Origin: Nemertoderma westbladi
Lineage: Eukaryota > Animalia > Xenacoelomorpha
Direction of reading: 5' to 3'
NCBI GenBank assembly: GCA_032718475.1
Contig: JAUCBJ010008027.1
Location: 32,010-96,009 of the forward strand
Length of the DNA stretch: 64,000 bases
The notes under the pieces are model-generated. The model was not told where the DNA came from. It made no database searches and was given only the letters and a program-made list of their open reading frames with translations. Below are positions 36,482-49,035 of the stretch, piece after piece. Positions within the stretch are counted from its first letter, which is position 1, and each line of letters begins with the position of its first letter. The translations under genes and the position numbers were made by a program.

Positions 36482-36636
36482 TGTTTCATACAATTGGTTT
36501 GGATTCTAACGAATGGCTACTTTATCGCCATCTGCCTGTTTCTAAAGCGAGCCTTTCGGTGTTTTATGACGATCAAACTCAGACCAATAACTGAAACTAA
36601 AGGATTCCCAACGGATCTGCCTACGACAATTTATTG
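36482..36636 (+). CDS. GRL gene exon 2
   Basis: TTTTCAG acceptor, CFIQLVWILTNGYFIAICLFLKRAF..., donor TG|GTGAGC; phase 0 in, phase 2 out. Confidence 0.85.
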
Positions 36637-36754
36637 GTGAGCATATTTTTGCGTGTAATAGGTAAATTTAAAAAATATATTTCTGGAATAATTTAGACAC
36701 ACCAATACTACTTAATCACCGCTTACTAAAATAAATAAAATGAATAAATACATA

Positions 36755-39700
36755 TGTTAAACATTGATAACGGTATACATAATCTTATATTCTTATCCAC
36801 TAGCACTAACAGACTATCACATATAGCAATCTACATATATATATATAAACAACTCACTACCGGTACCAACTACTACCGTACTAACACAACAGCAGGAATT
36901 ACAATAAATGCCGGACTTAGATCATGAATTGACTTTCATAGTGTACATATATAGATATTGACATTCCTACACTTTTCTCTTTTTTATTTACTTTTTTTTT
37001 TAAGGATATAGTTTAAATCAAGTCTATTTTCCCTAATTTGATACAGTTCAGAAGGTTGGCTCCCTTTTTGGTAAGACAATTAGCAATTTGAGCTGATCCA
37101 GGACACCAGTTTACAGATTTTATTTCTCCACGCTCCAAGGATTGATTAATTATAATGTATATTCGTAAGCGTTTGTCATCAACCATCTTTGTTGAATGTA
37201 TTGATTCAATTACACTTTGGTTATCAACATAGGCATCTATAGGAAGGGTAGACATACCATGTTTTTTGAAGCCAAGTAATTCCAGAAGCAAGATCCGAAT
37301 GTAAACAGATTCTTATATTCCCTCTTGAAGTCTTAATGCTTCAACTGCAATAGTTGAATGGACTACACGCTTTATTTTGTTAACAGTCAAAGAAAGAGGA
37401 AAAGATCGTTTGTTACTACCGCATAGGAATATAACATATGCCATGGTGCTGTTAATTCCATCAGACAGATTCGCCAGTGCTGCATTGGTAAATAAGACCA
37501 AATGCCATTCCGAGATTTGTCCAAGATATGGGAAAATAATGTAAGTATCATTGTGTTTTATGGAGAACTTTACAGACTCGAACCAAATTTTCAAATATTG
37601 GATTCTTAAAATGTGTACTTAACTCAATTAGATCAAACGACCAATCAGGACGTGACCCTTGAACTAGCCAATTCAACTTTCCAACCATTGATCGATAAAG
37701 AGAATTGTCTAACTTTTTGAGCTTTTCACATTTCAATCGATTTTTATTCAATTTTGGAATTGTTATACTGTTAAGATAGTTATTTTGACTGAGAAGAATT
37801 TTTTCGGGATATTGAGCAATTTCAAATCCAATATATTTGAAGTTTCCTACCATTTCTTTTCCCGCTATAAATCGTTTTGTAAGCTTTGATATTATTCTAG
37901 ATTCGAAAATATCATTACCAGCATGCAAAAAATCATCAATATGTGAGACAAGCAAACCACAAATGCCATCATCATTACTGTATGTAAATAAAGCCGGACC
38001 TAAAGATGACTGTTGGCACCCGAGAGAAGAAAGCTCTTCAACTACACTGATGTAAAATTGCCTCGCAGCATCATTAAGTCCATATAAGCATTTCTTTAGT
38101 GACCATATACAACCAATAGGAAGATTAGCTTCCTTTGGTGGAATAATAAATACATTACAGTCCAGAGACCGCCCTTGAAGAAAAGCTGATTTAATGTCTG
38201 TCGTTTTTAAAATCCACTGTTTCCCCATTACAACAGCCAGAAATGCACGAAGAGTTGATTTACTAACAGTTGGAGAATCAGTAACTAAATCAACCTCTTC
38301 TTCAAAACCACGCACAACCAGGCGAGCTCGAACCTCAGACCCTTTATACCACAAAATCCAACGAGTAGATAGACAACACTGTCCTTCATATTTAACATTT
38401 TCATAAACTTGAAAATCGAGCAGGTTTTGCAGTTCTACCTTTTTAGCTTCTTCACATTCAATAGTTGTTTGTTCACCTTTAGGTATTGATACTAAATCGA
38501 CTTCAAACTCATCAATCTCAGGAATAGATGGGAGTTCTTCAACCTTGTCTCGCCATTCAACATTTCCTAAGTCAACACTTCTACTAGTACCATCTTCTTG
38601 TTTCACATTATACCAGTTAGCCCATTTTCCAGTAACTTTACCGGCCCATTTAAGTACAGTTGCTGATGTCCATTCATTTGAATCAGAATTCCGAAATTCT
38701 ATTTTGGTTGAAGGCTTCAGCAAAGAATTGTGATTAGCTAACTAATTGATGGCTTTTGCTTTAGTTGTTTCACTTATTACTGGCAAGTTTGGTAAAGGTT
38801 GTATTGTCCCTGAAGAATCCATTTGTGGATACTCACTATTCCTGTCTTCTAATAAATTGAGATGCATGTTATCATTAGAAACGTTGACTCCTGGAAGCAA
38901 CTCCTGAATATTGCTATTTCTTGGTTTGGATATTTCCAAGCTAGAACCAGTGATGTCAATATCAGTTGTGTTAAGATGTTTCAAAGCAATGAGTTCTTGG
39001 GGAGGAGTTGTAGTCACAGATGGTTCCAAAAGATTGACTAATATAAGGCAATTGGGTGCAACTCGAATAAAGACACCACCATGACGAACAAAAATAACCT
39101 TTCCATCCTGGAAAACAACCTTGGCAGGGCCAAGCCATGTATACTTGCCATCATGTTTATAGAATACAAGATCACCATGTTTAAAAGTTTGTTCTGAAGC
39201 TCGGACCTTGTATCTCAGTGCCCTCCAAATCCTTTCACCTGCTTCTGATTGAATGAATGCCTTACGAGCAGCATGTAAAGCATTTAAATACTGTGCGAAT
39301 GCCTCACTAGAGGTATAACCATCCAGTGCAGGAGGTTGACTGTGTATCAGTGAAGGTAACTGAGGATTAGTTCCGAAAACGAGCTGGTGACTACTGAAAC
39401 CATTCCACATTTGTAGATAATTTTTCGCCATGTTTGCCCAAGGTAACAGGTTCTGGATTGGTGTGTTGGGATGATCTTCTATTAGTTTGCGTAACATTTG
39501 GTCTGTTATAGCATGTATCTGCTCACATAGTCAATTTTGATATGGACTTCTTGCTGCAGTAGTATGTAAGTTCACATTAAGAATAGAAGCAACCTCACGC
39601 ATTTCTTCAGAATTAAATTCACCACCATTATCGGACATTATGCCACCCATAACTCCAAATAATGCAACCAAATGTCGCATAACAGCATCAACAACGACGC

Positions 39701-42067
39701 CAGTCTTCTTAGTATTAATAAATACTGCAATGGTGTAACGGGACCACATATCTACTAAATGAAGTATAAATTTGTTGTTCCAGATCTTAAGATCCATAAC
39801 AACTATTTCATTAAACTTGTTAGCCATAGGAAGGGCGACAACTGGCCTGGGTGGAGTTTTACTAAATCTCTTGCATGTCTCACACTTTTGTTGTATCTCA
39901 TTAATATTTTTCCTACAACGTTCATCGCATATACCAGCATCACTAAGTAAACTTTCTAGTTTAGCTGCTGATGGGTGAGAAAATTGGCGGTGAAGCTTCA
40001 ACAGACGATTTTGAAGTTCTTTATATTCCATGGCTTGGAACTTTACAGAACAAACACATTCTTCTTTGATATCATGGCCAATAGGAACACAATAATGGCC
40101 TGAAGAAGTCATATTAAGGGCTATATTTATTCCGAAGATTTCTGCTGAATCACTTTCTAGGTCGATTTTCATCTGAGCTCGTTTCATGGAGTCTTTTGAC
40201 AGCAACAATTGTATATCAGAATCCACTACATCAGTTCTAATAGATACTGAACATCCTGCAACTACAGCTGGAATTAGATACTCTCCTTTGGATTTCAAAT
40301 TTGTACGTCCACCAAACTTGAAAACTTTTATTCCTGGATTGCATTTGATTCTTTCATAATCATTTTCATCTAAACTAGCAATGTATGTATCAAACCAGTC
40401 CTGTCCTCAAACTGTACTGGTACAAGCACTATCAATGAATTAGTCTATGAATTTCTTCAGTGGCTGTGAATACACTCAGCAAAACATTCTCAGTTTCACT
40501 AACTGGTGACTCATCCTCACCTGTAGGTGAATAAACATAAGGATCATAATTATCAGAAATATGAACCTTAGCAATATTCTCCCAGCTATCAGGGCAATCT
40601 TTCAATAAGTGCCGAAATGATCCACAGCAACGACAAGTTAAAGCACGACCAACTGTACCTGATGGATTCATTTTACGCTCATTTCTTAATATGGGGTTGC
40701 AATAACTTGATGGCTGTAATCTATTGGAGTAACAATCTCCACTATAAGTTCCTGTGACATTCATAGTCGGATCTCGATTAGTCGGTTCTCTTTTTGGAGC
40801 TGGAAAGCGTCGGGAACTAGAAAGGGTACCTGTGCCACCATAAACAAACCCACGTGGTTTATTCCGGTAATACCCAGCAGCAGCAAGTATTTCCTCATTC
40901 TCTGCTACAAAAGTAGGTTCCAACTTGACAGAAATACTATTACTAGTAGTGTCATTGCCAAAAACTCAGCAGAAATTATTTTTCCTATAAACTTTTTCAA
41001 CGATTTTTGTGCTTGCTCATATAACGATTTCTTGTTTCTGTAATCCATACCTGTGAGAACAAGGAGTTTTTCTTCCTTTGAGATACAAGATCGTCGAAGT
41101 AATTTAAATGCCAAAATTTCAGATGGCAAAACTAAGCGAAGTTTTTTTATACATTGAAATTTCTGGTCGAAGTTTGAAATATAATCAAAAATGCTTTCCA
41201 TTTCCAGTCGCTTGTAGTCTTTGAAATCCTCGAACTTCTCTAAACTGTCTTCTAACTCATCTTTGCCTAATTTTAATTCAAGAAACTTAATTAGCTCGTC
41301 AAACCCCTGTTCGGTTTTCAAATCATCTAGAGGAATTTCATCAAACACCCATCATTTTCCCGGATTTTAGATTTCTCATCTTCTGGAAGAGATAGTGCAA
41401 TGGCGATGCCCTGTTTCTCGTTAGGCAGTTCGGTTATTTCACGCCATGCCAATAGTTCCTGTTTGTATCTTTCAAATGATTTAGAATCTTTATTAAACAA
41501 AGGCGGATTCAGTTTTACCGATGTTGATGCCATGTTTGGTGGTAAACCCTGAAATATACCGGTAGTAAACCCAGAAGGCAAAACAACTTCTTTAGATCAA
41601 CTAATCCGTATCACAAAGATAGAAAAGAACAAAGTAATAAAAATAAATAACGCCACACAACAGTTCTAATCTTTAATAGTAAATGCTCGCCACTCTCTAA
41701 CGCCAAATAGTAAATGCTCGCCTCTCGTTAACACCAAAGTTCAAGTTGATCACGCTACCAGTAGATTGTTACTAAATGCTCGCCTCTCGTTAACACCAAA
41801 GTTCAAGTTGAACACGCTACCAGTAGATTGTTACCAAACGCTCTGCTACCATTGTTAAACATTGATAACGGTATACATAATCTTATATTCTTATCCACTA
41901 TAGCCCTAACAGACTATCACATATAGCAATCTACATATATATATATATATAAACAACTCACTACCAGTACCAACTACTACTGTACTAACACAACAGCTGG
42001 ACTTACAACAAATACCGGACTTAGATCATGAATTGACTTTCATAGTGTACATATATAGATATTGACA
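36755..42067 (-). mobile_element. Full-length degenerate Ty1/Copia element (GalEa-like) in GRL intron 2
   Basis: LTRs 36755-36963 and 41853-42067 (TG...CA), TSD ACATA, PBS TGGTAGCAGAGC, gag knuckle CRCCGSFRHLLKDC, IN before RT (HRQFSH, SDNGGEF; VRARLVVRGFEE, HIDD), RH IANCLTK. Confidence 0.94.
41840..41851 (-). promoter_or_regulatory. Primer binding site (initiator tRNA-Met) of the Copia element
   Basis: TGGTAGCAGAGC 1 nt after the 5' LTR. Confidence 0.9.
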
Positions 42068-42152
42068 ACATAATCTACTGATACTTAAGTTTTATGGTTT
42101 TAGGTTTGGTGTGCCAGAAAGAGGTCATGATTTAGGCGTGTCTTTATTACAG

Positions 42153-42390
42153 GTACGAGTATCTCTCAGAAACTGCGAAGGATGCTGATCGAATATTTTC
42201 GTTACCACTTTTGACTCTTTATTTTACAAACAGCGTCAACATAACACTCGAACTTTACTTCTTCATGAGTAAAGGAGCCACCGTTTTTCTAGAAGAGCCA
42301 TTACTCGCAGTAGTTATTCTGGTATGGGCGGCAATGTTGGTCGGCCAAATATTTCTAATTTCCTTTCTTTCCGCTGCTCTAAACGATGAG
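42153..42390 (+). CDS. GRL gene exon 3
   Basis: TTACAG acceptor completes the split TGG codon; YEYLSETAKDADRIFSLPLLTLYF...SAALNDE; donor GTGGGT, phase 0. Confidence 0.87.
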
Positions 42391-42484
42391 GTGGGTTTAT
42401 AAAAGACGAACCACTTACTGTATGGCATACTTATAGTATTTTTATTCGACATTTTAATCCCCCTTGATATTCTTCTGAATTTAG

Positions 42485-42900
42485 TCGCGAGATAAATGAT
42501 TAAACTCGCGAGAAAATTATTAAACTGCGAGAAAATAATTAATCTCGTGAGGTAGATGATTAAACTCGCGAGAAAATTATTAAACTCGCGAGAATATAAT
42601 TAATCTCGCGGGAGAGATGATTAAACTCGCGGGAAAATTATTAAACTCGCGAGATAAATGATTAAACTCGTGAGAAAATTATTAAACTGCGAGAAAATAA
42701 TTAATCTCGTGAGGTAGATGATTAAACTCGTGAGAAAATGATTAAACTCGCGAGATAGATGATTAAACTCGCGAGAAAATAATGAATCTCGCGAGAAGAT
42801 TATTAAACTGGCGAGATAAATGGATAAACTCGCGAGAAAATTATTAATTTCGCGAGATAAATGATTAAACTCGTGAGAAAATAATTAATCTCGCGAGATA
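42485..42900. repeat. ~21-bp tandem repeat with TCGCGA palindromic core (~20 units)
   Basis: Unit AAATTATTAAACTCGCGAGA and variants. Confidence 0.9.
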
Positions 42901-43238
42901 ATGGGACAAAAATGTTTCAAAGCACCTGATTTTTTAAACAACGATAACATAGTAGGCCACCTCAAATAAATTAATTAATTACCTGTTAGGCCTACTCATT
43001 GTGGCTCCATTCAACCATTATTGCTTACAACAATTATTATTATAACGTTTACATCGCCAATAATCCCTTTTAAAAAAGGGGAAATGAATTAATATCGAGT
43101 AAATAATACTTGGTAAATCTTAACATAGTTTATAGTTTATCTATGTGATTTTATTTTTATACCGCAGTATTCAGGTACAAAGAGAGAGACAGACACGGTT
43201 ACTTGTATTCATTCAAGAGTCTTTTATCTTTTATTTAG

Positions 43239-43397
43239 GCACAAAGGCCGTTGGATATTCTATTTAAAGCCCAAATGTCTAAAGCGTCAGAGCTTGATCT
43301 CCTACATCTAAACATTTTCCTTCACCAAGTCAACAGCAGGGACGTTGGATTCACTTGCTATGGGATGTTTCTAATAACAAAGCCGTTGCTTTTAACT
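43239..43397 (+). CDS. GRL gene exon 4 (IL3/TM7a)
   Basis: TTTAG acceptor; ...FLHQVNSRDVGFTCYGMFLITKPLLLT then a phase-0 GTGAGT donor, matching the characteristic GR/GRL penultimate exon. Confidence 0.9.
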
Positions 43398-43837
43398 GTG
43401 AGTATTTTTGTTATTTAATCAATTTAGATCAATTAAAAAAACACATATATTAATTTAATTACTTGAATTAATTAAAAACTATAATGGAATGGCGTATGGG
43501 GATTACAGCTGTATAATTTTTAAGTTAAATTATTTAAATCTTATACTATAAAATAAAATAAGAATCAAATAAAGGGCAAACATAAAAATGAGTACTTTAC
43601 TCGTCTTCGTCGTTTACTTGTCGTACTTTACAAATCTCCATCGTGAGTTAGTCTGTGTACTAGAGGTATCTGTGGTCGTCTGTTCGTTTAACTGTAGCTG
43701 TACTGTAGGCTTTATTGAATTTAAATTATAATGAAATTTAAAATATCATGGGGGTAAGAATATACTGAGGGGTGTTAAATTTCACTAAAATATCACCCAG
43801 AGTAGTTTCACCCCCGGTTAAAATACTCTAGTGAATT

Positions 43838-44483
43838 TGTGACGGGATCAGAGATCCCGACCGGGTTGTTAAAGTATGCGTTACTGTTCTGCTGGGGATC
43901 ATGCTACCAGCTTTGGCCGAGGCCGTTTGGGAAAACAGTGAAAGTTCCTGTTGTCTTTCGATATTAATTAATATGGACGATAATAGCACGTATTGAATAT
44001 AAAGCAGAAAATGCAGATAAATTGTTACCGGTATAGCGGTGGTGGTTATTAACTATGACCGGTCTGCACTAAGTAAACTGAATAACACAACTGACCGGTA
44101 AACCAGTAATGTAAGATAATATATGATTAATACATTGAAGATTGGTTCACCTCCTACTCTACTTTGGCCCTCTACCTAATGGATGCTTTCCTGTTCCCTA
44201 TCACGTGCTTCCCTCCCCACTATTGGCTAATATACTACTTGTCACTTTGGCACTCCCTGGGAGTGTTTCCCCTCTGCTGCTAGCTTCTACTAGCTGCCTT
44301 CCCTCCGAGGTGGTTTGACCTCTCACCTTTGTCTGTGGCTTTGGGGCTTGTGTCCCCCCCCCCCCCCCAATGTTGGTTATGATACGAGATTAATATTGGT
44401 AATCTCGTATCCCCAACATATTGCTAAAATGCCACTAGTCCCATTTTCTGGTGGCTAATGAAGTGGAATTGAATCTGCTTACA
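43838..44483 (-). repeat. Putative 3' LTR of element D
   Basis: Minus strand GnAG|TGTAAG start. The far end is inferred from the TG/CA termini only, since no second copy is present. Confidence 0.55.
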
Positions 44484-45996
44484 CTCCCCCCCCCCCCCAT
44501 GCTATCTTCCCGGTGAGAAGATACAGTAGCATCAACCTTAAGTGCGCTTCAATTCCGCTGGAACCCAATCTACTATCGGGTCTGGGGTGGAGTTCTTTTC
44601 TCGGTGTTGGCTTTCCAGCCCCCCCCCCCCCCCCCCTGGGTATGTTATTGCTACCCCTCCTTGGTGCAATCGCGAGCTATGTTGCACCAAGATATCTGAT
44701 GTCTCTGTTCGAGACAATTGTGGACTCTATTTCCACACAATTTTCAAAAAACCTCACTCTAATTTCCCTCTAATCTCACTCTTGGACCCCTCTGTCCCTT
44801 ACTCTCTCTCTTACTGCTCGCTCCCCACACTTGAATTGCACTCCTCTCACTTCCTCACGCGCCAACACCTCCTCTCCATACTTCCCTCGTACTCCTCTCA
44901 TACCCCTCTCGGAACTTACCCCAGTCCATCGGCTTGTGGCAGACAAGCCTCATGAGCTGGCCCATCACCACTGCTCCACAATGTCCTGTGCCCACACCGT
45001 GCTCCCCCCGGAACTTGCCCCAGTCCATCGGCTTGTGGCAGACAAGGCCCATGAGCTGGCCCATCCCCACTGCTCCACAATGTCCAGTGTTCTCTACCAT
45101 TCCCAAAGTGCCAATTTTCCTTAGTCTTATTTTATTTTTCTTATGTTCCCCCCTGTCTGTGCTATTATCCTATCTACTTTTCTACTTCCTTCTTACTATG
45201 TACCCTACTACTACTATGCTATGCCTACATACCCTTTACTTTCTTACTACGTGGCGCTCTCGGTGCCCACAACTTCTAACTTCTATGGTACTATGTACCC
45301 TAATACTGCTACTATGGTATATCAAAATACCACACCCTTCACTCTCACTACGTGGCGCTTTCGGTGCCCACAACCCCTCTGATACTACTTCTATGGTATA
45401 CCTACATACCATACCCTCTACCCTCTTTCTACGTGGCGCTTTCGGTGCCCATAACCTCTAACTCTCTCGGTACTATGTACCCTACTACCACTCTCGCGGT
45501 ATGTCTATATACCACACTCCCTAACTTCAAACTTCTTACTTCTTACTTCTAACTTCTGCTACCTACTATCTAACTATCTACTACTATTACTTTCTAACTT
45601 TCTACTATCTCACTTCTTATTTTTATTATTTTTATTATTTATTTTATATTTCTATGTGTGGGAAGGGCTTCTCGCCCTCATTCCCACCCCCCTCAGTCCA
45701 ACATATTGGACAACTAAACCCTAAGGGATTCCTCGATCTTCCATCGATTCTTCCAGCAGGCACTCTCCCACTGCCCCCCTGTAGGTCCTCTTATCCTTCG
45801 CCCCACTCTCCTTGTCAATTCCAAATCCAGGAATTGATCCTCCCTCCTTGATCACCCTAAAATCGGGTCTTTCGGTCGCCTTCTTGATATCCTCATGGTC
45901 CCCTGGCAGCAAAATGCCACCCTTCATCTTGTCGTCACCTGGCGGTAGAATGAAAAGAAATCGAAAGAATAGATAAAACAGAATGGATAATAGTAA

Positions 45997-48900
45997 TCAT
46001 ATCCCTTTCCACCCTCTCTTCTTATTTGACCTTCCCCTTTTCGGTATGCCTCTCAACCGGACCGGCGTCTCCTCCAGACACTTCTCCGGACATCTCACAA
46101 TCCACTCTTCTCCATCCTCATACCGATGGTTGCCGGGAACATCCTTGTTCCATCCCATCGTCCCTAAGTCTTCCGCGTCAAATCCATTATCCTCCGCCCA
46201 CTCTCTTGCTGTAGCTTCCCCTCCTAATTCATCTACCAACGGTATTTCTCTGGAACTATCCTCTATCCTTTCACCACGCTCCACTATACATGGTTCCAGA
46301 TCCATACCCAACTCCTGGTACCCTTCCCCTGGCCGCTTCTCACATGGGACCTCCCCATCACCTGTCTCTGGTTTCTCCTCTACGTCCTTAACAGTGCCTG
46401 ATAGCATGCACCCTGATGTCTCCGACACCCTGAATGGAATCTTGGTTTTAATTGGGCCTCTAAGCGTCCATCCGAATGGCGTGAGAATCGCTGTCGGATC
46501 CCGCTGCTTATTCTCTCCGAATATGGTCCGTACTTTTTTGTGGGCCGTCGGACAATCCATTCCGACTATGATGGATACCTTCGAGACGTCCACCTCTGGT
46601 ATTGGGAAATCGATATCGTCCAGGAACCACCAGTATTGCTCGACCTCGATCCTGGTGGGTCGCCTGGCGTTTATGTTAATAGATTCTATTATCTGTATGG
46701 GGTCGATGGTTGCCCCATAATCACATCCCGGTGCTATTGCTGATATCTCGCACCGTCCCGTCCTCATCTCCAGGACCTCATCTTTACTCGAGATAGTAGT
46801 TACTGCCATCCTACTCGGCCTCGTCTGTAACCCTATCTCCTCGGCCACCCAATTCTCCACCAGCGTGAAGGCTGCTCCGCTGTTGACCAGCATCAGTGTC
46901 GTGACTGATCGGCCGCCCTTTCCTGTTATCCTCACTGGTACTACCCCAAGTAGTACTTTCCTCTTTCTCCTTGCTTCCGTCGTGCTCGTAGCCATAGTTT
47001 GGCCTCCATTCTCATCGTCTCCTATCGGTGTTTCTCTACACTCTCCGAATCTGTGTCCTTCTACCATGCATCGATGACATAGTCCGTTTGTATCCACGTA
47101 GGCTACATGATCTTGTTTAGGTAACGCTTGCCAATGCTTACAACTCATGGTCTTATGGGTCCCATCCCTATACAATTGATATTCGTATCCTGGATTGTAG
47201 CGCTCCCTGTATAGCCCTTCACATATTGCGCATAGATTCATATCTACCAGTTTAGTGTTTTGGTTATTTGGACTCGGCCTACTGGGTGTGTTGGGATTAT
47301 ATTTGTTCGTGTTTTTATTTTGTTTCTGTCCCTGCCACGGTGTGGCCCTACTCCCAGCTAACTGTGGACTTGTAGTACCCTGCATGGCCGCATGTGGTAG
47401 CGACTGTCTCACTCTCGGGAATGCATCTACCGGATTATGTTCGGGTTTAGGCCTGTTGTATTCGCTTTCGGCGCCTTCCCCAAACCATCCTCACTGTAGA
47501 CTGGGTCTGTAATCAACTCTGCTTCATAATTGAGGAAGTTTGACATTTCCTCTAGGCCCAGTTCCGCACCTTTCTTCTCCCGGGTGGAGAAGGCGATCTT
47601 CCTCCACTTGTTCCGTAGCCAGATTGGCAGTGCCTGCGCTATCATGGTGATGTTATTCGATGCGTTGAGTTTGTACGGCGCGTCCAAGGTCTTTAGCGCG
47701 ATCAGCGCCTTCTCGACCTTATTCGCGAAAGTCTTTATACTAACAGGGTTATCCTGTAGGCCACCCGATGTTATTCCCCGCAAGGTCTGCCGGATGACCT
47801 TGGCAGGGTGTCCGTATTCCCTATCTAGGGCCCGCCATGCAGTCGTGAATCCGCCCTCGATACCTTGATACTGCCTTACGATATCGTACGCTGGGCCCCC
47901 TGTGTAAACTTGTAAATATTTTAGGCACTCCGCCTGCGTCAGATTCTTAGTCAATATTTCATTACTGTACATGCGTCGGAATTGCAGGTATTCTTCCGGT
48001 CTGCTTCCATCGAATTTAACTGGCTCCACTGGTGGCAGCTCGATCCTGGTCTTAAGTGCATCGATGAGTGTTGCCATTCCCATCGCCTGTGCTTCCAATG
48101 GGTTCGACGGATGCTGTACAGACTCTCCTGTTGTTGGGTGCGGTTCGCCCGTCGGGCCTGTCGACTTTTTCTGTGTCGGATATATCATTGGAGGTAACGG
48201 CCCCCTCCATATCTCCGTATCGCACAATGTATTCTGGTCCAAGGGGTTCTGGGCTTTTGTTCTCGGTTGAGTGTATTGCTGATATTGTAATGGGGGAATG
48301 TCACCCTGCCCCCCCCCCCCCCCCCCACCGGTGTTATGTTTGGTACTGGGGTTGATGTTAATATATTGGGGCCCACACATCTATCGGCAATAACTCCCCC
48401 CCCCTCCCCTGGGTATATGTTATATCCCTGCATATTATAGTCATACAGGTGTGCAGGTACCGGTATAGGCCTATCCACTTCTTGCCTACCTCCTGGTATG
48501 TACGCCGCGACTTCCGGATCTAATCCCGTTGTTCGCGCTACCCTATCGCCAACACTATCTCTTCCAGCATGGCCTATAGTATGTGCAGTAAGGCCTACAG
48601 TATGTCCTGCAGTCTGCCTGTGTCCTTCCGGACTGAAGTTTAATCTTCTCGAATATTCCAAGACGTCCTCCCCACGACTACCGAACTCTCGATCGGCAGC
48701 TATATCCCGTCGGGAAGTTTCTCTTCGATCCCCTCTCCTGTTCTTGTCCTTGTACCGGTACATCCTGTACCCTTCTCCCGGCGTATGGTATATCTCGCCA
48801 GGCTGTGTCTCTCCGGGGTGACGGCAATCTCCCCGAGTTCGACCCCACTGACCCTCTAACTCCATCTCTGCTACCGACAGTTCGCTGTCCGTCCTTGCTC

Positions 48901-49035
48901 TCCGGTTGCTCGTAGCAATGCTTCTTCTATTCACTTCACTTCTTCTCTCTTCAGCGTAGCAATCCCTTTCGTGAGATCTCTCTTTGACCTCCTGGATAAA
49001 CTCCACTGTTCTTCTTCCGTCTTCCGACTGGATAG
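45997..49035 (-). pseudogene. gag-protease of element D (frameshifts/stops, catalytic Asp read as Asn)
   Basis: ORFs 48185-49111, 47427-48380 and 45997-47412; breaks lie near homopolymer runs. Confidence 0.8.

Larger units (their letters stand above)
43838..49035 (-). mobile_element. BEL/Pao-derived element D: gag + protease only, 5'-truncated
   Basis: Candidate LTR 43838-44483 (TGTGA...TTACA) with a G-tract PPT; capsid ELPPVEPVKFDG, knuckle CHRCMVEGHRFGEC, protease-like LMLVNSGA, TPFGW; no RT or IN motifs. Confidence 0.8.
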
